64,000 bases of DNA from Verrucomicrobiota bacterium (GTDB lineage Bacteria; Verrucomicrobiota; Verrucomicrobiia; Limisphaerales; UBA8199), in assembly GCA_049518415.1 (NCBI GenBank), contig JBEKRX010000010.1:14964-78963 (forward strand). The letters run 5' to 3'. Of the stretch, positions 55,446 through 63,313 are shown one piece after another. The position numbers were made by a program, and so were the translations under genes. The number at the start of each line of letters is the position of its first letter. Position 1 is the stretch's first letter. The notes beneath the pieces were generated by a model. It worked only from the letters and a program-made list of their open reading frames with translations, ran no database searches and had not been told where the DNA came from.

Positions 55446-56222
55446 ATGAACCAGCTCGACCAGACGGTCGAGGAGTACTTGAGGGCCATCGGAGCGAGTT
55501 GCCCGCGTTTACTCTTCGCCTTGCAGGAAAGCCCGGAAGCGGTGTGGGGCGAGATCATGAGAATGGAATCGGCCGGCTATGCCTTCCAGGAGGTCTGCTC
55601 CGGTGTCCAGGACAAATCAGCCGCGGCGCGCGAAATCATGACCCTCGTCGAGGCTCTGCGCGTCCAAATGGCCAAAGACGGGCTCATTGACTATGAGGAG
55701 TTTGCCGCGTTCCGGCAGGGCGTATCGGCCATCCAGCGTTGCGCGAACCGGTTGCGGAATTCGTTCGGTGAACAAGGCCCAAGGAGCAATCGCCGCTTGA
55801 AGACTTGCGTTTTTTACTGCTCGAACAATTTGGACGCAGGCCGGTTGGCCGATCTTGGCGAGGAACTGGGCGGAGACACGGTCAAGACCATCGGTCTGCC
55901 GTGCTCCGGAAAAGTGGATGTGCCTTACCTTATCAAAGCCCTGGAAACGGGCGCGGACGGGGTGGCGGTTGTGGCCTGCAAGAAGGAGGAGTGCCGCCAC
56001 TTCGAGGGCAGCCGGCGCGCCCACAAACGCGCCGAGGCGGTCGAATCGCTGTTGGAGGAAATCGGACTCGGCGCGGGACGGATGGCCGTCATCGAGTGCG
56101 CGCCAGGCGCGGCCGGGCAGGTCTGTGACGAAATCAAGCAGTTCATTGAACGGGTCAGAAGTCTGCCCCAAGGACGCACCCCCAGCGATGCGATGAACCA
56201 ACAGGAACGTATGGTGGCATGA
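55446..56222 (+). CDS. MvhD/FlpD-domain protein with an uncharacterised roughly 117-aa N-terminal helical extension
   Basis: The C-terminal half reads CVFYCSNNLD...IGLPCSGKVDVPYLIKALETGADGVAVVACKKEECRHFEGSRRAHKR...LLEEIGL. This is the methyl-viologen-reducing hydrogenase delta-subunit pattern. Confidence 0.7.
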   Translation: MNQLDQTVEEYLRAIGASCPRLLFALQESPEAVWGEIMRMESAGYAFQEVCSGVQDKSAAAREIMTLVEALRVQMAKDGLIDYEEFAAFRQGVSAIQRCANRLRNSFGEQGPRSNRRLKTCVFYCSNNLDAGRLADLGEELGGDTVKTIGLPCSGKVDVPYLIKALETGADGVAVVACKKEECRHFEGSRRAHKRAEAVESLLEEIGLGAGRMAVIECAPGAAGQVCDEIKQFIERVRSLPQGRTPSDAMNQQERMVA

Positions 56223-57121
56223 AAGTTGATGGCCAACTCGCCAGAAGGATCGAGAACGGAGAGTTTATCATTACCGCCGAGCATGCGCCCCCGACCACGG
56301 CGACTCTGTCTGCCACGGAAGCGGCCTTGAAAGCCTTGGGCGGCAAGCTCACGGCGGTCAACATGGGCGACAACCAACACGGCGTGGCGCTGTCTTCCCT
56401 GGCCGCCTCGGCGGCGGCGCTCAAAACGGGCCTCGAGCCGGTTCTCCAAATGGTCACCCGCGACCGGAACCGCATCGCCCTCCAGTCCGATTTGCTGGGA
56501 GCTGCCAGTCTGGGGATCAAGAATGTGCTTTGTTTGTCCGGCTATCATCAGACGCTGATCGGCTGTCCGGAGGCCACAAACGTTTTCGACATCGATTCCA
56601 CGCAGTTTATCGCCATGACCACTCGGATGTGCGAGCAGGGCCTGCTGGCCGACGGGAGGAAGATCGACGGGCCATTTTCGATGTTGGTGGGAGCGGTGGC
56701 CAATCCCTTCCTGAAGCCGCTGGAACTCAACCTGATCAGGCTCCACCGAAAAATCGAGGCTGGCGCCAGGTTCATTCAAACGCACGCGGTCTTTGACCTC
56801 GACATGTTCAGCCAATGGCTCGAGGCCGTTTGCCAGGCAGGTCTTGCGAAGAAGGTCGCGATTCTGGCCGGCGTGCTCCCCTTGGAGAGCGCAGCGGAGG
56901 CCCAGAAGCTGCGGGAGACCCATCCCGATTTTTACGTCCCGAAGGAAGTGATGGAAAGGCTCCAAGCCCCTGGCCACGGCGCCGGGAAACCGGGCTGGGC
57001 GATCTGCGTGGAAACCATCCAGAAACTAAAGACGATGGAGGGGGTGCGCGGGATTCATATTCTCTCGGGTGGCAAAGAAGCTGTGGTGCCGGAGCTGTTT
57101 GCGGCCGCCGGGCTGTCGTGA
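56219..57121 (+). CDS. metF: Methylenetetrahydrofolate reductase, acetogen/archaeal-type MetF
   Basis: ATGA overlap with the upstream gene. The motifs are FIITAEHAPP, AVNMGDNQHG, EPVLQMVTRDRNRIALQSDLLGAASLGIKNVLCLSG, VFDIDSTQ, GAVANPF and IEAGARFIQTHAVFD. Confidence 0.85.
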   Translation: MKVDGQLARRIENGEFIITAEHAPPTTATLSATEAALKALGGKLTAVNMGDNQHGVALSSLAASAAALKTGLEPVLQMVTRDRNRIALQSDLLGAASLGIKNVLCLSGYHQTLIGCPEATNVFDIDSTQFIAMTTRMCEQGLLADGRKIDGPFSMLVGAVANPFLKPLELNLIRLHRKIEAGARFIQTHAVFDLDMFSQWLEAVCQAGLAKKVAILAGVLPLESAAEAQKLRETHPDFYVPKEVMERLQAPGHGAGKPGWAICVETIQKLKTMEGVRGIHILSGGKEAVVPELFAAAGLS

Positions 57122-57133
57122 CCGGGAGAAAGC

Positions 57134-58531
57134 GTGCCGGAAAAATATCATATCAAGACACGTCCGGTGCCCCCGCGACGGCCGCGCATCGGCAAACACG
57201 GCGTGGTGGACTGGCGGGAGGACTGCGCCCGGTGCCATAACTGCGTGAAGAAGGCCTGCGTCTATGACCGCTACCGGCAGGAGGCGGAGTATATTCGCAA
57301 CCTGAGCGACGTGGAGGCGCTGTTCTTCGAGTGCATGGGGTGTTTCTCGTGCGTGCAGGATTGCACCAAGGGCCTCTTGTGCCTGTCCGTAAATCCCGTC
57401 TATGAAAGCCTTGGGAACAGCTACTGGAAACCGGACATCATCAAAACCACGTGGCTCCAGGCTGAAACCGCGAAAATCCCCGTCTCGGGCGCGGGCTACC
57501 AGGGGCCGTTTTCCGGCCCTGGTTTCGACTCGATGTGGACGGACATGTCGGAGATTGTTCGTCCGACCCGCGACGGGATTCACGGCCGGGAGTACATCAG
57601 CACGGCGGTTGACATCGGACGCAAGCCTCCGTTCCTGGCTTTACAGGGAAGCCAGGTCGCGGCCGAGCTGCCCCCCCTGGTGTCGATCCCGATGCCGCTG
57701 ATCATCGATCTAAGTTCGCCGGCGCATACTTTGCCGCAGCTCGATGCCGTGATCGAACAGACGGCTGCGGCGACCGACTTGATCGCGATCCTGGATGCCG
57801 GACACCAGCAGGCCACCGAGAAGCACCTGCGTCATATCGCGTTTTATCTGGGTCCCGACAGTGCCCCAGTGCCGGCCGATGTCCTGAGAAAGACCAGGCT
57901 GGTGGAAATCGCGGACAGCCCCACGGTGACCGAGCGCATCAAGGCAATCAAGAAGATCCACCCGGAGATCGTCGCCTCGATCAGGGTCGAGCTGACCGCA
58001 ACGGGCCTCGGGCGCGCCCTCGAGCTGGCCGGGTGGCCAGAAGTGGAGGTGATCCATATCGTGGCGGACGCCAACGGCAACGAAATCGGAGCGCAACCGC
58101 CGCGATTTCTGAAGGACATGATCCGGCAGCTCCATACCGCCCTCATCGAGAAGGGGACCCGGGACGAGATCACGCTCATGGCCGGGGGCGGAATTGCGCT
58201 GCCGGAACACCTGGCCAAAGCCATCATTTGCGGCGCGGACCTGGTGACCATCAATCTGCCGTTGCTGATCGCGCTGGAATGTCATCTGTGTGAGAGCTGC
58301 AAACCGGGGCGGCCGTGCCCAGCCAGGCTGGAGACCATCGATCGCGATTTTGCCGTGGGCCGCATGACGAATCTGATCGCGGCCTGGCATGACCAGTTGG
58401 TCGAAGTGATGGGGGCAATGGGCATGCGCGAGGTGCGTCGTCTGCGCGGCGATGTCGGCCGCGCCATGTTCTTTGAGCAACTTGAGGAGGAAACCTTCGG
58501 CAAGCTTTATGGCACCAGAAAGACGCATTGA
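57134..58531 (+). CDS. Fe-S protein related to the glutamate-synthase FMN subunit (divergent paralogue of the next gene)
   Basis: GTG 57134 is preceded by gggagaaag. The N-terminal Cys clusters are CARCHNCVKKAC and CMGCFSCVQDC. The C-terminal ITLMAGGGIALPEHLAKAIICGADLVTINLPLLIALEC..C..C parallels LIASGGLRSAYDVAKAIALGADGVVIGTAEMVALGC..C..C of 58509-60077. The central GltB signatures were not recognised. Confidence 0.6.
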   Translation: MPEKYHIKTRPVPPRRPRIGKHGVVDWREDCARCHNCVKKACVYDRYRQEAEYIRNLSDVEALFFECMGCFSCVQDCTKGLLCLSVNPVYESLGNSYWKPDIIKTTWLQAETAKIPVSGAGYQGPFSGPGFDSMWTDMSEIVRPTRDGIHGREYISTAVDIGRKPPFLALQGSQVAAELPPLVSIPMPLIIDLSSPAHTLPQLDAVIEQTAAATDLIAILDAGHQQATEKHLRHIAFYLGPDSAPVPADVLRKTRLVEIADSPTVTERIKAIKKIHPEIVASIRVELTATGLGRALELAGWPEVEVIHIVADANGNEIGAQPPRFLKDMIRQLHTALIEKGTRDEITLMAGGGIALPEHLAKAIICGADLVTINLPLLIALECHLCESCKPGRPCPARLETIDRDFAVGRMTNLIAAWHDQLVEVMGAMGMREVRRLRGDVGRAMFFEQLEEETFGKLYGTRKTH

Positions 58532-60077
58532 AGAGCTACTGCCTGAGAACACGCTGAAGACACGCGTGCCGCAGGAAAAGGTGGAGCGGGTCACCCGACC
58601 GGCCCCGTCCCGCTATCGCAATGAAATCGCCAAGTACCTTGTCCATCGCAGCCCGGACTGTCGGCGCTGCGGGAAGTGCGGGGAGGTTTGTCCCCACCAG
58701 GTCCACGTGCGCAACCCCGGCTACAAGTATTTTGGTGAGCCGCTCCATCACTTGTGCATCGGGCCGGCCTGCGCAAAGACCGGCCACGATTGCGTGACCC
58801 ATTGCCCGCAAGGAGCCCTGCAGGTCCGGGAAAATCCGATGTATCATGCGCTGGGCGATTATCGCTGGTCGGGTGATTTGATTCTGGCGACGTGGAAAAT
58901 GGCTGAGACCGGCGAGGTGCCGCCGGCTGCCTACGATTACGATTATGAGGGCGGCCATTCCGGCGGTGGTTTCGACCGGCTCCGGTTCAAATTCCCCGAG
59001 CGACCGCCCATGGCCCTGCGCGAGGACCAGATCGACACGAGCCTGCTGCTCAACAAGCGCGACGATGGCCGGCCTAAGATCAAGATTGATGTGCCCTGGT
59101 ATGGAGGCGGCATGTCCTTCGGGTCGGTGAGCAATGTCACCCAGTTGGCCAAAGCCAGGGCGGCGGTGGCGTTTAATACCTTTACCTGCACGGGCGAGGG
59201 CGGATACATGGAGCGGCTGAGGCCGTATGACGACCATGTGATTACGCAGGTGGCCACGGGCCTGTTCGGCGTGCGCGAAGAAACCATCCAGCGGGTGCCG
59301 ATCGTGGAGTTCAAGTATGCCCAGGGCGCCAAGCCGGGTCTGGGCGGGCACCTCCTGGGCGACAAGGTCACGATCGATGTAGCCAGGATGCGCGAGTCGG
59401 TGGTGGGTTTCTCGCTCTTCTCCCCGTTCCCCTTCCATAGCGTCTATTCCATCGAAGACCACATGAAGCACATCGAGTGGGTCAAGCATGTGAACCGGCG
59501 CGCCTTGATCTCGACGAAGGTTTCCACGCCTACGGATGTGGATATGGTGGCGGTGGGCAGTTACTCCGCGGGCACTCATATCGTCCACATTGACGGCGGC
59601 TATGGCGGGACCGGCGCGGCGCCGGACATCGCCAAGAAGAACATCGCCATGCCCATCGAATACGCCATTGGCAAAGTCCACCGTTTTCTAATGGATGAAG
59701 GGGTCCGGGACAAGGTGACCTTGATTGCCAGCGGCGGCCTTCGCTCGGCCTATGATGTGGCCAAGGCCATTGCCCTGGGGGCGGATGGAGTGGTCATCGG
59801 GACGGCGGAAATGGTGGCGCTGGGGTGTGTGCGGTGCAGCCGCTGTGAGAGCGGCCGCGGTTGTCCGCGCGGCATCGCCACGACCGACCCCGAGCTTTCC
59901 CAGAAGATGGAGATTGATTGGGGCACCCAGCGGTTGATCAACCTTTACAGTGCCTGGCGCAAGGTGCTCCTCTCAATTCTGCAACGCCTGGGCCTGCGCA
60001 GCGTCAGCGAACTGCGCGGACGCACCGACCTCATGATGCACCTGGATTATACGAACGACCTGGCGAGAACCTCATGA
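58509..60077 (+). CDS. Glutamate-synthase FMN-binding (GltB domain-2-like) subunit with an N-terminal ferredoxin-like domain, archaeal type
   Basis: The start was re-picked at ATG 58509, a 23-nt overlap with the upstream gene. The motifs are CRRCGKCGEVCP, CVTHCPQGA, WYGGGMSFGSVS, CTGEGG, FKYAQGAKPGLGGHLLG, FHSVYSIED, IDGGYGGTGAAP and LIASGGLRSAYDVAKAIALGADGV. Confidence 0.8.
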   Translation: MAPERRIEELLPENTLKTRVPQEKVERVTRPAPSRYRNEIAKYLVHRSPDCRRCGKCGEVCPHQVHVRNPGYKYFGEPLHHLCIGPACAKTGHDCVTHCPQGALQVRENPMYHALGDYRWSGDLILATWKMAETGEVPPAAYDYDYEGGHSGGGFDRLRFKFPERPPMALREDQIDTSLLLNKRDDGRPKIKIDVPWYGGGMSFGSVSNVTQLAKARAAVAFNTFTCTGEGGYMERLRPYDDHVITQVATGLFGVREETIQRVPIVEFKYAQGAKPGLGGHLLGDKVTIDVARMRESVVGFSLFSPFPFHSVYSIEDHMKHIEWVKHVNRRALISTKVSTPTDVDMVAVGSYSAGTHIVHIDGGYGGTGAAPDIAKKNIAMPIEYAIGKVHRFLMDEGVRDKVTLIASGGLRSAYDVAKAIALGADGVVIGTAEMVALGCVRCSRCESGRGCPRGIATTDPELSQKMEIDWGTQRLINLYSAWRKVLLSILQRLGLRSVSELRGRTDLMMHLDYTNDLARTS

Positions 60078-62731
60078 ACGGTGAATTGATAAAGCGCCTG
60101 GCCGATTCAAGAAAGCGGCTGGCCGAGCCGCTTAACCACGCTTCGCGCCTGAACAAGGAAGCCGAGGAAGGGGGCTGCGGAGTGATGGGTTTCTGTTGCA
60201 GCGAGCCCGTGCCGGGCAAGCATGTTTATGCACCCTCCCGGCAGATGCACAATCGGGGCAATGGCAAGGGGGGCGGCATCGCCGCGGTGGGGTTGGTGCC
60301 GGAGCAGCTTGGGGTCAGCCGCGAGGTCCTCGACAGCCATTACTTGTTGCACCTGGCGTTCATTGACACCAAGGTGCGGCCCGAAATCGAGGCGCAGTTC
60401 ATCACCCCTTATTTCGACATCGCGGCGACTGGCCAACTCAACCAGGTCGAGGACTGGAAGTCCGTGCCGGGGCTGGAGGTGTTGCCGCCGGCGGTCAGCC
60501 GCTATTTTGTGCGCGTCAAACCGAAGGTGTTGGACGCGTTCATCGCCAGAAACCATCTGCAAGCGCTGGACCGAGGGGAAGCGGAAGACGAATTTGTCAA
60601 CCAGAACAGCTTCAGCCTGAATCAGAAATACTACGCGTCCCTGGGGGAGAAAAGGGCCTTCGTGCTCTCGCACGGCCGGGACCTCATGATCCTCAAGGTA
60701 GTCGGGTTCGCCGAAGCGATTGTCAATTACTACAAGCTTGAGGAACTCTGCGCCTACGAATGGATTGCCCACCAGCGTTTCCCGACCAAGGGTCGGGTCT
60801 GGCACCCCGGCGGCGCCCATCCGTTTGCGGCCATTGACATGGCGCTGGTGCATAACGGCGACTTTGCCAATTACCATTCCGTCACCGAGTATCTCAGGCA
60901 GCGTCAGATCTATCCCCAGTTCCTCACCGACACGGAAGTCTCGGCCTTGCTTTTCGATTTGCTGAGCCGGACGTACCACTATCCGCTGGAGTATATCATC
61001 GAGGCGCTGGCGCCCAGCACGGAACTGGACTTTGACCGGCTCGATGTGGAGAAACAGAAGATTTACCGGGCGATCCAAGCCACGCATATTCACGGTTCTC
61101 CCGATGGCCCGTGGTTTTTCATCATCGCCCGCACGCTTGCCCGAAAAAGGCAGTTCCAGTTGATGGGCATCACCGACACCGCGATGCTTCGGCCGCAGGT
61201 GTTTGCTTTCAGCGACGGCGAAGTCCAGGTGGGCCTGATTGCTTCGGAAAAACAAGCCATCGATGCCACGCTCTTGAGCCTGTCGAACGACGACAAACGG
61301 ATTTGCCCGGTGGCGGACCGGTACTGGAACGCGCGCGGAGGCAGTCACAATGACGGCGGGGCCTTCATTTTCAATCTGCAGAAGGATTCCGTCGGCAAGA
61401 TGCGGATTACGTGCGCCGATAAATTCGGCAAACTGGTCCCCATGCCGAGAGGAACTGAACCCTGTGATTTTTCGCGGGAATTGCTGTTGTCCTCCGAATC
61501 GGGGGAGTCGGCCGAGACCATTAGCAATGAGCGGTTTGTCCCCGGCAACAGCCTGGCGATTTTCGAAATGATGCGCGGACTCATGCCGCAATGGACCTTT
61601 GATGAGTTTCGCCTGGCGTGCCAGCAAGTCACCCAGCAGGCGAAAGATCCTTCCCAGACGGCCACCGCGATTGAGGTCCTCACGCTGCTGAACGACCGGA
61701 GATACTCAACCGGCGCCAAGAAGCGCAGCCATGTTCTCCACGTTGTCCACAGCGAGTGGAACCGACTGTTCAGCAATCTCCCCAACATCGGCTCAAAAGA
61801 TTCCGCCAAGAGCGCGTTTCGGCTCATCGATTTCGAGACCCGTGCACACCTGAGGAAACCGCAAGAGAACGAAACAACGCTGGTGATCGACGCCGCGCAT
61901 TTCCCGCCGGAAGGTGACGACTGTGACGCTGCCCTGCTCGTGGATGCCTACCTGAAGGGGTGGCGGCACTTCATCAGCTTCCATTGTATTGGCCAGCGAT
62001 ATCTCGGCTGCGGACTGGGGCCCGACACGGACGAGGTGACCATCGATGTCTATGGCAGCAGTGGAGATTACCTGGCTTCAGGGATCGATGGGCTGGCGAT
62101 TACAGTGCATGGCAATGCCCAGGACCAGTTGGGCCAGATTATTAAAAAAGGAAAACTGGTCATTCACGGCGACGTGGGCCAGACCTTTATGTATGGCGCC
62201 AAAGGCGGCTGCGTCTATGTTCTCGGCAACGCCGCCGGCAGGCCGCTGATCAACTCCGTCGGCCGGCCAAAAGTAGTCATCAATGGCACCTGCCTTGATT
62301 TTCTGGCGGAGTCCTTCATGGCCGGCGATCCTCATAACGGAGGCGGGTTCGTGGTCTTGAATGGCGTGAAGTTCGATGATGACGGACAATTGGTTTCGCT
62401 GCCGGAGCCTTATCCCGGCGGCAATCTGTTCTCCCTGGCTTCCGGCGGAGCCATTTTTGTCCGCGATCCGGACCGAACCCTGGTCGAGCAGCAGTTAAAC
62501 GGCGGCAAGTTTGCCCGGTTGACCGGCGCAGACTGGGATTTGATCCTGCCGCATCTGGAGGAGAATCAGAGGCTGTTCGGAATCACCATCGACCAACTGT
62601 TGACGGATAAGGGTCGGAAGCGCAAACCCGCGGCAGTCTATCGCAAAGTTCTTCCCGGCAGCGTCGCTGCCATTGCGGAGGAAGATACCGACGACGCTGA
62701 AGCCGGCGTCGAAGAGATGGCCGCGAAATAG
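60074..62731 (+). CDS. Fusion protein: class-II (Ntn) glutamine amidotransferase-like domain + unknown middle region + GXGXG (GltB domain-3/FwdC-like) domain
   Basis: ATGA overlap with the upstream gene. The Ntn Cys candidate lies in EEGGCGVMGF, after a leader of roughly 33 aa. GATase_2-like motifs are HQRFPTKG and LVHNGDFANY. The GXGXG region is VYGSSGDYLASGIDGLAITVHGNAQDQLGQIIKKGKLVIHGDVGQTFMYGAKGGCVYVLGNAAGR. Confidence 0.75.
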   Translation: MNGELIKRLADSRKRLAEPLNHASRLNKEAEEGGCGVMGFCCSEPVPGKHVYAPSRQMHNRGNGKGGGIAAVGLVPEQLGVSREVLDSHYLLHLAFIDTKVRPEIEAQFITPYFDIAATGQLNQVEDWKSVPGLEVLPPAVSRYFVRVKPKVLDAFIARNHLQALDRGEAEDEFVNQNSFSLNQKYYASLGEKRAFVLSHGRDLMILKVVGFAEAIVNYYKLEELCAYEWIAHQRFPTKGRVWHPGGAHPFAAIDMALVHNGDFANYHSVTEYLRQRQIYPQFLTDTEVSALLFDLLSRTYHYPLEYIIEALAPSTELDFDRLDVEKQKIYRAIQATHIHGSPDGPWFFIIARTLARKRQFQLMGITDTAMLRPQVFAFSDGEVQVGLIASEKQAIDATLLSLSNDDKRICPVADRYWNARGGSHNDGGAFIFNLQKDSVGKMRITCADKFGKLVPMPRGTEPCDFSRELLLSSESGESAETISNERFVPGNSLAIFEMMRGLMPQWTFDEFRLACQQVTQQAKDPSQTATAIEVLTLLNDRRYSTGAKKRSHVLHVVHSEWNRLFSNLPNIGSKDSAKSAFRLIDFETRAHLRKPQENETTLVIDAAHFPPEGDDCDAALLVDAYLKGWRHFISFHCIGQRYLGCGLGPDTDEVTIDVYGSSGDYLASGIDGLAITVHGNAQDQLGQIIKKGKLVIHGDVGQTFMYGAKGGCVYVLGNAAGRPLINSVGRPKVVINGTCLDFLAESFMAGDPHNGGGFVVLNGVKFDDDGQLVSLPEPYPGGNLFSLASGGAIFVRDPDRTLVEQQLNGGKFARLTGADWDLILPHLEENQRLFGITIDQLLTDKGRKRKPAAVYRKVLPGSVAAIAEEDTDDAEAGVEEMAAK

Positions 62732-62746
62732 CGAGAGGTAACTACC

Positions 62747-63313
62747 GTGATCACCATCAACAAGAAGAAGACTGGCCGCGGCTTAAAGGACGCGGTGGAA
62801 AAGATATGCGGCGTCGGTCTGAGCGTCTGTTTCCAGTGCAAGAAATGCTCCAGCGGTTGTTCGGTGGCCAAACTGGCCAAGTCCCGGCCTTCGGAAATGA
62901 TGCGGCAACTGCATCTAGGCGCGGGCAATGAACTGCTGGAGAGCGATCTCGTCTGGACGTGCGCCTCGTGTGAGATCTGTTCCGCTCGCTGCCCGATGGG
63001 GATTGATGTCGCAGCGGTCATTGACGCGTTGCGCAAGCTGGCCCTCGAAAGGGGCGCGTCCAAGCCGGCTGGCAATGTCCCGTTGTTTAACCGGGCATTC
63101 CTAAGAACGGTCAAAATGTTCGGTCGCACCTATGAAATCGGGATCGTCGCCGCCTACAAACTCGGCACGGGGAAATGGATGAACGACACGGAAAAATTCC
63201 CGGCCATGCTCAAGAAGCGGAAGATTTCTTTGCTGCCTCCCCGGGGTGGCGACCGGAAAACAGTGGGTCGCATTTTCAAGAGCTCCAAACAGAACAAAGG
63301 ACCCCAAGCATGA
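62747..63313 (+). CDS. HdrC-like 4Fe-4S dicluster subunit
   Basis: GTG 62747 is preceded by gagagg. The motifs are CFQCKKCSSGCSV and CASCEICSARCPMGID, separated by PSEMMRQL, as in heterodisulfide reductase subunit C family proteins. Confidence 0.75.
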   Translation: MITINKKKTGRGLKDAVEKICGVGLSVCFQCKKCSSGCSVAKLAKSRPSEMMRQLHLGAGNELLESDLVWTCASCEICSARCPMGIDVAAVIDALRKLALERGASKPAGNVPLFNRAFLRTVKMFGRTYEIGIVAAYKLGTGKWMNDTEKFPAMLKKRKISLLPPRGGDRKTVGRIFKSSKQNKGPQA

